Source of the DNA: Pirellulales bacterium
GTDB lineage: Bacteria > Planctomycetota > Planctomycetia > Pirellulales > UBA1268
Assembly (NCBI GenBank): GCA_044346905.1
Contig: JBIIYH010000002.1
Coordinates: 1-45,151 of the forward strand
Direction: 5' to 3'
Length of the DNA stretch: 45,151 nucleotides
Position numbers and translations under genes: made by a program. The notes beneath the pieces are model-generated. The model was given only the letters and a program-made list of their open reading frames with translations. It was not told the DNA's origin and did not search any database. The first letter of the stretch is position 1; every line of letters starts with the position of its first letter. This document shows, piece by piece, positions 1-8,709 of this stretch.

Positions 1-65
1 TGGTCCGCGACCGCGTCCGGCAACGGCTCGGCGTGGAGCTCGCGCCCCTGATTCAAGTCTGGTGA
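1..65 (+). CDS. 3' end of a CDS running off the left edge, possibly the MurB C-terminus
   Basis: An open frame (codons at 3,6,...) ends at TGA 63-65. The tail VRDRVRQRLGVELAPLIQVW resembles the C-terminal 'V..rfGv.LepEv' end of UDP-N-acetylenolpyruvoylglucosamine reductases. It lies directly upstream of an ftsQ-like gene, which fits dcw-cluster order. Only 20 codons are visible. Confidence 0.3.
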   Translation, partial: VRDRVRQRLGVELAPLIQVW

Positions 66-90
66 TCCCGGTCGTGGCCCGCTTCAACTC

Positions 91-981
91 ATGACCGCGT
101 TCCAGCCTCGTCGCCGCCTGCCCGCCGTCGTACCCCCCACGGCCCCGCCTCCCGCGGGGCTGGCGGGGTTCATGCGGGATCATCGCGCGGGCCTGGCGGC
201 GATCGCGGTCGCGGCCGCGGCGGTCGCCGCGGGCTGGTTGCTCTGGCGGCAGTTCGGCGATCGCGCCCGTGCCGACCGGGCGGCGGTCCTGATGCCCGCC
301 GACATCGAGCTCGTGGGCGCGGCCGACTGGATCACCCGCGACCTGAAGGCCGAGGCCCTGCGTGACGCCAGCCTCGACGCCGGCCTCCCGCTCGACGACC
401 CCGAACTCGCCCGGCGGCTCGCCCGGGCCTTCGACATTCACCCCTGGGTGCGCGAGGTGGTCCGGGTGACGCTCCGCCATCCGGCCGGGGCCGTCGTGGA
501 GATCCGCTGCCGGGAGCCCGTGGCGATGATCGCCGTCCCGGGGGGCCTGCTCGCGGTGGATGCCGACGGCATCGTGCTGCCGAGTGACGACTTCACCGCC
601 GAGTCGGCCGCCCGCTACCCCAAGCTCGCGGGAATCGCGAGCACCCCACGAGGAGCGGCCGGCTTTCCCTGGGGCGATCCGGCCGTGGAGGAGGGCGCGG
701 CGCTCGCGGCCGTGATCGGACCGGAGTGGAACTCCCTGGGTCTCGGCGAGCTGCGGCCGGTCGGAGACGCACGGGCGCGGTCGTGGGATCTCGTCGGCTC
801 GGGTGACCTCCTGATCCACTTTGGCTCGGCCCCTGGCCATGAGCGACCCGACGAGCCGACCGCCGCGATGAAGGTGGCCCGGCTCCGGGCCCTGGCGGCC
901 GACGGGCAGCCCGCGGGCGAGATCGACCTGCTCGCCTCGCCCGATCCCGCCGCCCTCTCGCCGGTCATCCCCGCGCCGTGA
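91..981 (+). CDS. ftsQ: FtsQ/DivIB-like cell division protein (single TM + POTRA-like domain)
   Basis: ORF track 91-981. An N-terminal TM helix (AAIAVAAAAVAAGWLLW) is followed by a POTRA-like segment (HPWVREVVRVTLRHPAGAVVEIRCREPVAMIAV..LLAVDADGIVLP), the typical FtsQ pattern. Confidence 0.55.
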   Translation: MTAFQPRRRLPAVVPPTAPPPAGLAGFMRDHRAGLAAIAVAAAAVAAGWLLWRQFGDRARADRAAVLMPADIELVGAADWITRDLKAEALRDASLDAGLPLDDPELARRLARAFDIHPWVREVVRVTLRHPAGAVVEIRCREPVAMIAVPGGLLAVDADGIVLPSDDFTAESAARYPKLAGIASTPRGAAGFPWGDPAVEEGAALAAVIGPEWNSLGLGELRPVGDARARSWDLVGSGDLLIHFGSAPGHERPDEPTAAMKVARLRALAADGQPAGEIDLLASPDPAALSPVIPAP

Positions 982-1007
982 GGCAAGGACGACCCCGCTC
1001 GCACCGC

Positions 1008-1553
1008 TCAGAGCACCAGGCGGCGAATCGCCTGAAACTGGGGGTGCGCGGCGGTGCGGCACCACTCGAAGAGCACCGCCTCGCTCGTGGTGAGGATCGC
1101 GCCGGCCGCCTCGAGCCGCCGCAGGGCCGTCTCGTGGTCGATTCCGTGCCGTGAAGCGACCGCATCCACGGCCACGAACACGACCATGCCTGCCGCCAAC
1201 AGGTCGAGCGCGGTCTGGGTCACGCAGACGTGCGTCTCCAAACCGGCGAGCACCACCGCGGCCGCCCCCGATGCGACGGCCGCGTCGAAGGTCCCGCAGC
1301 CAACGCAGCTGAAACCGAGCTTGGAGCCCGGCGGCGGCAGCAGCGACGCCAACTCCACCGGCGTGGGACCGAGCCCCTGCGGATACTGCTCCGTGAGCAC
1401 GGCCCGCACCCCCAGCAGCCGCGCCGCCTCGGCCAGCCGCCGACAGCGGGCCACGACCCGCTCGCCGTCGGCCATCGCGGCGAGCAGCCGCTCCTGCACG
1501 TCGATGATCGCAAGCACCGAGCTGGCCGGATCGAGTCGCATGCGACTCATCAT
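1008..1553 (-). CDS. Isochorismatase-family hydrolase
   Basis: This is the C-terminal 181 aa of ORF 1008-1892, trimmed to the ATGATG at 1553. Motifs: LAIIDVQE and the catalytic-Cys context GLETHVCVTQTALD. The upstream part of the ORF is Arg/Ser/Pro-rich junk that overlaps tsaE. Confidence 0.8.
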   Translation of the reverse strand: MMSRMRLDPASSVLAIIDVQERLLAAMADGERVVARCRRLAEAARLLGVRAVLTEQYPQGLGPTPVELASLLPPPGSKLGFSCVGCGTFDAAVASGAAAVVLAGLETHVCVTQTALDLLAAGMVVFVAVDAVASRHGIDHETALRRLEAAGAILTTSEAVLFEWCRTAAHPQFQAIRRLVL

Positions 1554-1596
1554 ACCTCGAGGCGGGACTCCCCGAGCGTCCGTCGCGACGGCCCGG

Positions 1597-2115
1597 TCAA
1601 CCCCGAGCGTACGGCGTTGAAGCCCCCAGCCTGCGCACGATGGCCGCAGCCTCGGCTCCGCGGCCCGTGAACCTGAGCACGCGGGCCGACGGCGACTCGA
1701 TCCCGAGCGCGAGATCGATCCGCTCGGCGGGCAATGCCGCGGCGATCCGCTCAGGCCACTCGACGAACACCCAGCCCGCGCCGGCGATCGCGTCGTCCCA
1801 GCCGGTCTCCGCGAGCTCGGCCGGGTCAGCCAGCCGATACATGTCGGCATGCACGATCCGCTCGGGCCGCCCGCCCGCCGCGGGCGGTTCATGTACGTGG
1901 ATCAGCCCGAAGGTCGGGCTCGTGACTTCCGCCGGGTCGAGGCCCACGGCCGCGGCCACAGCCTTGACGAAGGTCGTCTTCCCGGCGCCGAGGTCGCCCG
2001 CGAGCGTCACGACCGCGCGGGGCGGCAGCACGGACGCCAGCCGGGCGGCCAGCCGGCCGAGGGCCTGCTCGTCATCGACCAGGATCGTGGCCGTGCCGCT
2101 AGCGGCCGAGGTCAT
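1597..2115 (-). CDS. tsaE: tRNA t6A37 biosynthesis ATPase TsaE (YjeE)
   Basis: Trimmed to ATG 2115 (MTSAAS...). P-loop GDLGAGKTTFVK, then SPTFGLIHVH and HADMYRL as in the TsaE family. Confidence 0.85.
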   Translation of the reverse strand: MTSAASGTATILVDDEQALGRLAARLASVLPPRAVVTLAGDLGAGKTTFVKAVAAAVGLDPAEVTSPTFGLIHVHEPPAAGGRPERIVHADMYRLADPAELAETGWDDAIAGAGWVFVEWPERIAAALPAERIDLALGIESPSARVLRFTGRGAEAAAIVRRLGASTPYARG

Positions 2116-3046
2116 GCTCGTATCCTCGCGCCGCAAGCGGGCGGTGGCCGCCGTCGCGTTGCCGGGCAAATAGCCCTGCGCCGGCCACGACCTCGCCGAT
2201 GACCGTGAACGGGGTCTCGAGTGGAGACCGACCGGCTTGCCCGACCAGCCGGCGGGCCTCCTCCGGCGGCATGGCCAGCACGAGTTCGAAGTCCTCGCCG
2301 TCGCCGAGCGCATGCTCGAGCGGCGAACGCCCGTCGCCGGGCCGGCTCGCCATGAGCACGGCATCGGGATGGATCGGCACCGCGTCGAGATCGAGCACCG
2401 CGGCCCTGTTGCTGGCCTGCATCATCCGCGCGAGGTCGAGCGAGAGGCCGTCGCTGACGTCGATGGCCGCGTGGACCGTGAAGGCCCCGGCGATCGCGGC
2501 CGCCTCGCGGCACCGCGGCGTCACGGCCAGATGCCGGCCCAGCAGGCTGCCGCCGCAGGCCCCGCTGACCACCAGCAGGTCGCCCGGCCGGGCTCCGTCC
2601 CGCCGCCAGGCGGCACCGGGAGCCACGCTGCCGATGAGCGTGGTGCTGATCACCAACGGGCCATCCCAGGCGTTGGTGTCGCCGCCGGCCAGGGCCACGT
2701 CGAACTCGGCGGCGACCGCGGCCAGACCGGCCTGGAGCCCACGGCCGATGACGTCGCCCGCCTGCCGAGGCAGCGCCACGGCCACCACCGCGGCCTCGGG
2801 CCGGCTGCCCATCGCCGCCAGGTCGCTCAGGCTCACGGCCAGCGCCTTGTGGCCGACGGCCTCGGGCGGGCACTCGGGCCCGAGCACGAAATCGATCCCC
2901 TCCATCAGCATGTCCACCGTCACCACCGTCCGCCGCGACGCCGGCGGCCGCAGCACCGCCGCATCGTCGCCGGCTGGCACCTCGAGCCGACGGTCGCGGG
3001 GCAGGCCACGCAGCAAGGCGGCTACGAACTCGTTTTCGGACGGCAT
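2099..3046 (-). CDS. thiL: Thiamine-monophosphate kinase
   Basis: Trimmed to ATG 3046 (MPSENEF...). AIR-synthase-related fold motifs: GDDAAVL, DMLMEGIDF, ALAVSLSDLAAMG, GGDTN, IDVSDGLSLDL. The 3' end overlaps the tsaE start by 17 nt. Confidence 0.85.
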   Translation of the reverse strand: MPSENEFVAALLRGLPRDRRLEVPAGDDAAVLRPPASRRTVVTVDMLMEGIDFVLGPECPPEAVGHKALAVSLSDLAAMGSRPEAAVVAVALPRQAGDVIGRGLQAGLAAVAAEFDVALAGGDTNAWDGPLVISTTLIGSVAPGAAWRRDGARPGDLLVVSGACGGSLLGRHLAVTPRCREAAAIAGAFTVHAAIDVSDGLSLDLARMMQASNRAAVLDLDAVPIHPDAVLMASRPGDGRSPLEHALGDGEDFELVLAMPPEEARRLVGQAGRSPLETPFTVIGEVVAGAGLFARQRDGGHRPLAARGYEHDLGR

Positions 3047-3098
3047 GCACAGGGCTCTCGCGGGCCCCGGAGTATAAGCCTGCACGGTCGCGGCCGAC

Positions 3099-4406
3099 TT
3101 ACCGCCGCACCGTCTCGGAGACGAGGTGGCCGAACAGCGTCTCGCGGCCCCGCAGCACGTAGAACTTGATCGGGTTGAGATGATCGGCCTCGGCCCGGTC
3201 GAGGATATACGCCAGATTGTCGAGCGCGATCGTCTCCCAGACATGGAGCCCGACGAGGATGTCTCCCTTGCGGATCCCCTGCTCGGCGGCCGGCCCCCCT
3301 TCGCGGACCTCGGCCACGAGCAGGCCGCCGCGATACCGGGACTGGAGTTTTTGCACCGTGGCCGCCGCCAGCGGTTCGACCCGCAGGCCGACCTCCCGCC
3401 AGCACCGCTCCTCGAGTGGCACGGCGGAGCGGTCTGCCACCGCCAGCGACATCTCGATCCGCTCCTCGGCCCCCGCCCGCACCACCGTCACCGGCACCCG
3501 CTCGCCCGGCTTGCGTCCGAGCAGGGCCCGCTCGATGTCGAGTTGATGGGTGACGGGCAGGTCGCCAACCTGCGTGATCCGATCGCCGGCCCGCACGCCC
3601 CCGCTCTCGGCCGGACTGCGGCGATGCACCACCTCGACGACCGCACAGCGGCGGCCGTCGGACTTGGCCACGATCCCGTGCCAGGTTTGCCCGATCCGCT
3701 CCACGGAGAGCAACTGCGACACGATGTCGAGCACCCGGTCGATCGGGATCGCAAACCCGATCCCCTGGGCCCCGGCCCTGACGGCCACGTTGATCCCGAT
3801 CACCTCGCCATCGATGTTGAGGAGCGGACCACCCGAGTTGCCGGGGTTGATGCTGGCGTCGGTCTGGATCAGATCGTCGTATCGCTGGGTGCGGCTGACC
3901 TCGACGTCGCGGTGGAGCGCCGAGATGATGCCCCGCGTGACCGTGTGCTCGTACCCGTAGGCGTTCCCCAACGCCAGCACGGTCTCGCCGATCATCAGAT
4001 CGGACGACGTGCCGATCCGGGCCACGGGCAGCGGAGCGCCGGCGTCGATCTTGATGATCGCCAGATCGGTGCGGGGATCGTGGGAGACGAGCGCGGCAGC
4101 CACGGTCCGACCGCTGGCGAGCGTGACCTCGATCCGCTTGACACCCTCGACGACGTGGTAGTTGGTGACGACGTAGCCGCGGGGATCGATCACGACCCCG
4201 GTGCCCATCCCGTTGACGCGGCGGACCTCGCCCGCCCCCTCCCCCTCGGAGGGGACGAGCTTTTGCCCGTGAATGTTGACGACGGAGTCCTTCTGCGACT
4301 CGACGGCGATCACGATCGCCGAGCGGCGGGCCTCCGAGCCGGCGGCGGGCAACGGGATGGCGGCCGGAAGCACCGCCATCAAAAGCAAGGCCCGCAGCAG
4401 CCGCAT
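3099..4406 (-). CDS. Periplasmic HtrA/DegP-family serine protease with two PDZ domains
   Basis: Trimmed to ATG 4406 (MRLLRALLLMAVLPAAIPLPAAG, a signal peptide). Catalytic triad contexts TNYHVV, DLAIIKI and GNSGGPLLN, followed by two PDZ-like segments. Confidence 0.85.
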   Translation of the reverse strand: MRLLRALLLMAVLPAAIPLPAAGSEARRSAIVIAVESQKDSVVNIHGQKLVPSEGEGAGEVRRVNGMGTGVVIDPRGYVVTNYHVVEGVKRIEVTLASGRTVAAALVSHDPRTDLAIIKIDAGAPLPVARIGTSSDLMIGETVLALGNAYGYEHTVTRGIISALHRDVEVSRTQRYDDLIQTDASINPGNSGGPLLNIDGEVIGINVAVRAGAQGIGFAIPIDRVLDIVSQLLSVERIGQTWHGIVAKSDGRRCAVVEVVHRRSPAESGGVRAGDRITQVGDLPVTHQLDIERALLGRKPGERVPVTVVRAGAEERIEMSLAVADRSAVPLEERCWREVGLRVEPLAAATVQKLQSRYRGGLLVAEVREGGPAAEQGIRKGDILVGLHVWETIALDNLAYILDRAEADHLNPIKFYVLRGRETLFGHLVSETVRR

Positions 4407-4589
4407 CGGCACCCGCTCCCCTGTAACCCCGACCGACACACGACTTCCGGCCGGTACCTGCGGCCAAAACGCCAGGGCCAGTGTGGGCATCGGCCGGGGC
4501 TCGCCCGCAGGTTCAGCGGTTACCCCCGGGGGCGGCAGAGTTTCGCAGCCGGCCGCCCGGGGGCTCGGAACCTGCGGCCGCCGGGAAAA

Positions 4590-5783
4590 TCATTCATGAC
4601 GGCCGCTGCCGGCCACGAGCAGCGGCAGCAGTTGCAGGAGCAAGAAACCGCCCAGGGCGGCCAGCGCCACGAACGGCCAGGTGCCCGCCAGCCAGCCGCC
4701 CAGGGCCCAATCGAACTCGTGGGCGAGCCCCCCCACCAGGGCCGCCAGGATCACGAGCCCCAAGGCCGCCAGAATGATTCCGCAGCCGAGCGACGCCATC
4801 GTGCCCCGGAACGTGCCCAGGTCGCTGAACTCCTCCTGATGGAGATCGACGGCCCGCCCCTTGGCGACACTGCGGGGCACCGCGTCGGCCAGTTCGATCG
4901 CCCGCGCCGCGTCGGCCCAGCTGGCCGCCGGCACGACCGGCGCGGCGACGGGGTCTGGTTCACGCTCGAGCGCGGCCTCGAGCAAGCTCATCGTCTCGGC
5001 TGCCGGCTGGTATGCCTGCTCCTCGTCGGCCTGCCCCGGCTGGGACCACCGCCATGGTCGCGACCAGTCGGCGGGAATCTCCACGGCAGCGATGCCGCGC
5101 TCGCAGTGCACCGCGAGCCGCACGCCCGGCTCACCCCCCGCGGCGGCCTGCCAGCGAACGGGCACGCTCGTGGGGCCGGTGAAGCCCACGACGAGCGTTT
5201 GCCAGGCGGCCGCATCAGTCTCCGGGCCGACGCCCAGCGCTGAGAGCCGGGCCGGATCCCCCGTCAAGACGCGGACCAGATCGGCGTCGCAGGCGAGCGC
5301 CGCGAGGACGTCACTCCGGCGGCGGCTCGCGAGCCGCCGCTCGAGCACCAGCGACTCGACGCCGCCGAGCGGCCCGCTGCCGGCGAGACTCGCCTCGAGC
5401 AGTTCCCGCAGCCGGGCCACGAACGGATGGAGCCGCTCGGGCAGGAGCGGCACGATCACCCCACCGACGTCGCGGCGGATCATTTCTACTTCCCAGGCCC
5501 AGAGCATCGAGGGGTCGAGGGGATGCGAGGCGACCAGCGGGCGGCCCGCCTGGACGAGCAGCCGGACCGCCTCGGCCCGCTCGGTGGACCAGCCGTCGCG
5601 GCCCACGAGCACGGCGTCGCACACGGCCGGGTCGAGCAGGCCGCCGCTGTCACCGGCGTGGGCCGCCGCCGCGGGCATGTCCACGGTGATCGCGATCTCG
5701 TGGCCCCGGCGGGTCGCCTCCGCGGCCACCGCCGCGATCCTCGGATCGGTGCCCAGCATGCCCAGCTTCAGTGCGGCCTTCAT
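4590..5783 (-). CDS. Hypothetical membrane-anchored protein (degenerate Gfo/Idh/MocA-like N-terminus, two C-terminal TM helices)
   Basis: This is the C-terminal 397 aa of the 825-aa ORF 4590-7067, trimmed to ATG 5783 (MKAALKLGMLG...). The upstream part of the ORF is antisense to cinA. The composition looks protein-like. C-terminal hydrophobic helices: GCGIILAALGLVILAALVGGL and WPFVALAALGGFLLLQLLPLLVA. Confidence 0.5.
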   Translation of the reverse strand: MKAALKLGMLGTDPRIAAVAAEATRRGHEIAITVDMPAAAAHAGDSGGLLDPAVCDAVLVGRDGWSTERAEAVRLLVQAGRPLVASHPLDPSMLWAWEVEMIRRDVGGVIVPLLPERLHPFVARLRELLEASLAGSGPLGGVESLVLERRLASRRRSDVLAALACDADLVRVLTGDPARLSALGVGPETDAAAWQTLVVGFTGPTSVPVRWQAAAGGEPGVRLAVHCERGIAAVEIPADWSRPWRWSQPGQADEEQAYQPAAETMSLLEAALEREPDPVAAPVVPAASWADAARAIELADAVPRSVAKGRAVDLHQEEFSDLGTFRGTMASLGCGIILAALGLVILAALVGGLAHEFDWALGGWLAGTWPFVALAALGGFLLLQLLPLLVAGSGRHE

Positions 5784-5969
5784 GAGGGCATTGTTCCCCA
5801 ACCACGGCCGATCGGCCAGCCGGCCCCGTTGCGCCCCCCGGGATTGATGGATGCAAGGGTGCCGCCGTGCTGGGCAGGGGGCCCGAGCCCGGGTATAGAA
5901 AGGGGTTGATTCGTGATTTCCCCGGGCCACTTCGCTTGCCCCCCGGAAACTCGGCCTCGGGAGACTCGC

Positions 5970-7175
5970 ATGCACGCGGAGGTGATCGCCATCGGCGACG
6001 AGCTGGTGACTGGCCAGCGGCTCGACACCAACAGCCGCTGGCTGTCGGCGGAGCTGGCCGTGCTCGGGATCCCCGTCAGCTTCCACACCACGGCGGCCGA
6101 CACGCTCGAGGCCGGGATCGAGGCTTTTCGGATCGCCGCGGGCCGGGCCGACGTGGTCGTGGCCACGGGTGGCCTGGGCCCCACCGCCGACGACCTCACC
6201 CGCGACGTCCTGGCCGCCCTGGCCGGCTGCCCGCTCATGCTCTCGGAGCCGTCGCTCGCAGCGATCGAGGCGCGGTTCGCATCCCGCGGCATGCCCTGCC
6301 CGGAGTCGAACCGGCGGCAGGCGCTGTTTCCGGAGGGGAGCCGGATCATTCCCAATCCCCACGGCACCGCGCCGGGCATCGATCTTTCCGTCATCGTCGC
6401 GGGCCGCCGCAGCCGGGTGTTCGCCCTGCCCGGCGTGCCCGCCGAAATGAAGCCGATGTGGCAGGCGACGGTCGCTCCGGCGGTGCTGGCGATGCTGCCC
6501 GAGGCGGCCACGATCCTCCAGCGGCGGATCAAATGTTTCGGCGCGGGCGAAAGCGCGATCGAGGCGATGCTCCCCGATCTGGTTCGCCGGGGCCGCGACC
6601 CGCTGGTGGGCATCACCGCCCACGAGGCGACGATCACCCTGCGAATCGCGGCCCGGGGTCGCGACGACGCGGAGTGCCGCGGCAAGATCGCGGCGACCGA
6701 GCGGGTGATCCGCGATTGCCTGGGGCCGCTCGTGTTCGGGGTCGAGGACGAGGAGCTCGAAGACGCGACGCTCGCGGCCGTCGCCGGCACGCTCGCCGTG
6801 TGCGAGGCGGGCACCGCGGGGGCGGTCGCCGCCCTGCTCGGCCAGGCCGAGGCCCGCCGCCAAAGCGATGGGCTCGCGAGCGTGTTTCTTGGCGGGCTCG
6901 TGCTGCCGAGCGACGAGCTCGCTGCCACCGCTGCCGCAGCCCGAGCGCGGCGGGAGTTTGCGGCCGACGTCGGCCTGGGCATCGGGGGGATCGGCACCAC
7001 GGCCGACGGCCGGCAGGCGGTGATCCTGGCCATCGACGCTCCGGCCGGCACCGCTCATGTGGAGCACGTGCTCGGCGGCGGGCCGACGTTGGCCATGGTC
7101 CGGGCCGCCAAGGCCGGGATCGATCTCGTGCGGAGTCGTGCGGCAGCGGCTCGCCCTGCGGAGGCCCCTCGATGA
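5970..7175 (+). CDS. cinA: CinA-family competence/damage-inducible protein (MoCF-biosynthesis domain + CinA C-terminal domain)
   Basis: Trimmed to ATG 5970 (MHAEVIAIGDELVTGQ...) with a GGGAG 7 nt upstream. Motifs: VVVATGGLGPTADDLT and NPHGTAPG. Confidence 0.8.
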   Translation: MHAEVIAIGDELVTGQRLDTNSRWLSAELAVLGIPVSFHTTAADTLEAGIEAFRIAAGRADVVVATGGLGPTADDLTRDVLAALAGCPLMLSEPSLAAIEARFASRGMPCPESNRRQALFPEGSRIIPNPHGTAPGIDLSVIVAGRRSRVFALPGVPAEMKPMWQATVAPAVLAMLPEAATILQRRIKCFGAGESAIEAMLPDLVRRGRDPLVGITAHEATITLRIAARGRDDAECRGKIAATERVIRDCLGPLVFGVEDEELEDATLAAVAGTLAVCEAGTAGAVAALLGQAEARRQSDGLASVFLGGLVLPSDELAATAAAARARREFAADVGLGIGGIGTTADGRQAVILAIDAPAGTAHVEHVLGGGPTLAMVRAAKAGIDLVRSRAAAARPAEAPR

Positions 7176-8281
7176 GTCCAGCCGGCTCCAGCCGCGGCTC
7201 GGAGGCCATCTGGCGAACCACGGTCCTGTTCGCCGGACTCGTGACGCTCGTGGCCCTGATCGCCTGGCCCTCCTTCATGGGCCGCATTCAATACGCCCGG
7301 ACCCGGGCCGAACTGGCGGCGATCGCCGATGCCGCAGCGGGCGCCCGGCTGGCACCGGTGGCCAAGCTGTTCACGACGCTCGCCCGGCTGATCGGCCCCT
7401 CGGTCGTCAACGTGACGGCGGACCGCCGGCTGGCGAGCATCGCCGACGAGATCGCCGCCCTGCACGGGGAATCGCCCCAAGGGATCAGCGACGAGTCGGT
7501 CGGGTCCGGGGTGATCGTGGGCAGCGACGGCGTGATCGTGACCAACTATCACGTGGTGGCCCGGGCCGACCGGATCTCCGTCCGGCTGGCCGACGGCCGC
7601 GAGTTTCCCGCCCGGCTGATCGGGGCCGATGCGGGCACCGACGTGGCCGTGCTCGAGATCGATGCCGAGGGGCTTCCGGCCGCAACGTGGGGAGACAGCG
7701 ACGGGCTCGAGGTCGGCGAGATGGTCTGGGCGATCGGCAATCCCTTCGGCCTCGACCGGACCCTGACTTACGGGATCATCAGCGCCGTGGGCCGCCGGGG
7801 CGTCACGGGCGACCCGCTGCAGGAGTTCCTTCAGACCGACGCCGCGATCAACCCCGGCAACTCCGGGGGCCCGCTGGTGGACGTCAATGGCCGGGTCGTG
7901 GGCATCACGACGGCGATGGCCGGCCACGACTCCCAGGGCATCGGCTTCGCGATCCCGAGCAACACGGCCCGCGAAGTCGCCGAGGCGATCCACCGCCTCG
8001 GCCACGTGGAGCGGGGCTATCTCGGGCTGGCCCTGCGGCGCACGGTGGACGGCAGCGATGGCGTGCTCGTGATGGCCACCGAGCGGGACAGCCCCGGCGC
8101 CGAGGCGGGCCTCGAGGCCGGCGACGTGATCGTGGCCTTCGACGGCCAGGAGGTGCCGGCCCCCGCAGCGCTCGTGCTGCTCCTGACCCGGGCCGACGTG
8201 GGCACGGAAGTGCCGCTCGAGATCGTGCGCGAGGGCCGCCGCCTCACGCTCCCCGTCCGCATCGGCCGCCGGCCGCGCTAG
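7172..8281 (+). CDS. Membrane-anchored HtrA-like serine protease with one PDZ domain
   Basis: The ATG at 7172 overlaps the cinA stop (ATGA). N-terminal TM helix (TVLFAGLVTLVALIAW). Triad contexts TNYHVV, DVAVLEI and GNSGGPLVD. PDZ segment GVLVMATERDSPGAEAGLEAGDVIVAFDG. Confidence 0.8.
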   Translation: MSPAGSSRGSEAIWRTTVLFAGLVTLVALIAWPSFMGRIQYARTRAELAAIADAAAGARLAPVAKLFTTLARLIGPSVVNVTADRRLASIADEIAALHGESPQGISDESVGSGVIVGSDGVIVTNYHVVARADRISVRLADGREFPARLIGADAGTDVAVLEIDAEGLPAATWGDSDGLEVGEMVWAIGNPFGLDRTLTYGIISAVGRRGVTGDPLQEFLQTDAAINPGNSGGPLVDVNGRVVGITTAMAGHDSQGIGFAIPSNTAREVAEAIHRLGHVERGYLGLALRRTVDGSDGVLVMATERDSPGAEAGLEAGDVIVAFDGQEVPAPAALVLLLTRADVGTEVPLEIVREGRRLTLPVRIGRRPR

Positions 8282-8533
8282 CTATACGGCGGCAATGCCA
8301 TCCCTGGCCATTGCCGCCTTGGCGGCACTCCGGCCGCACCTCCGGGCGGCCGTGCTCGTGCGATTGCCTGGCGCACGGCGTGCGTGCAGACGAATCCACG
8401 GAATCCGGCATCCACTTCCACAACCGTTGGACAGCTCGGGGTGGCCGGTTCCCTGGAGCCGGCCTTGATAGCGAGCGCAGGCAGGATGCCGAAGCGAGCT
8501 AGCATGGAGCGACCGAAGGGCAGGATGCCCGCA

Positions 8534-8701
8534 GGGAGCGTCCGGGCGACAGGGACCGGCCACCCCGAGCCTGCGTCACCCAAGACGAAGGGAGCGTCCG
8601 GCGACGGGACACGGGTAACCCCGAGCCTGCGTTACCCAAGACGCGGGGAGCGTCCGGGCGACAGGGACCGGCCACCCCGAGCCTGCGTTACCCAAGGCGC
8701 G
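8534..8701. repeat. Tandem repeat, 3 x 56 bp, between convergent gene ends
   Basis: Units lie at 8534-8589, 8590-8645 and 8646-8701, each starting GGGAGCGTCCGG and ending GAGCCTGCGT(C/T)ACCCAAG. Units 1 and 3 are nearly identical, and unit 2 diverges in its centre. The same peptide string (GSGWPVPVARTLPA) recurs in two spurious ORF-track translations, which confirms the repeat. Confidence 0.85.
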
Positions 8702-8709
8702 ACGCGGCG

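Noticed and set aside
3126-5243. Very long ORF-track entries such as 3126-5243(+), 10795-13317(+), 19386-21446(+), 22088-23782(+), 23918-26209(+), 33712-36342(+), 31769-32860(-) and 39964-41163(-)
   Set aside because: Their translations are Arg/Gly/Pro/Ala-rich low-complexity strings typical of shadow frames in GC-rich DNA. Each is antisense or out of frame to an ORF with recognisable domains.
5784-7067. N-terminal extensions of several ORFs (825-aa version of 4590-7067; 13843-15147; 27412-28710; 1008-1892; 1597-2364; 5867-8281)
   Set aside because: The upstream portions are junk-like and overlap well-supported genes on the other strand or in another frame. Internal start codons with Shine-Dalgarno-like motifs or signal peptides give proteins of family-typical length.
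8534-8701. Possible CRISPR array
   Set aside because: The units are contiguous with no unique spacers. There are only three copies of 56 bp, and there are no cas genes in the window.
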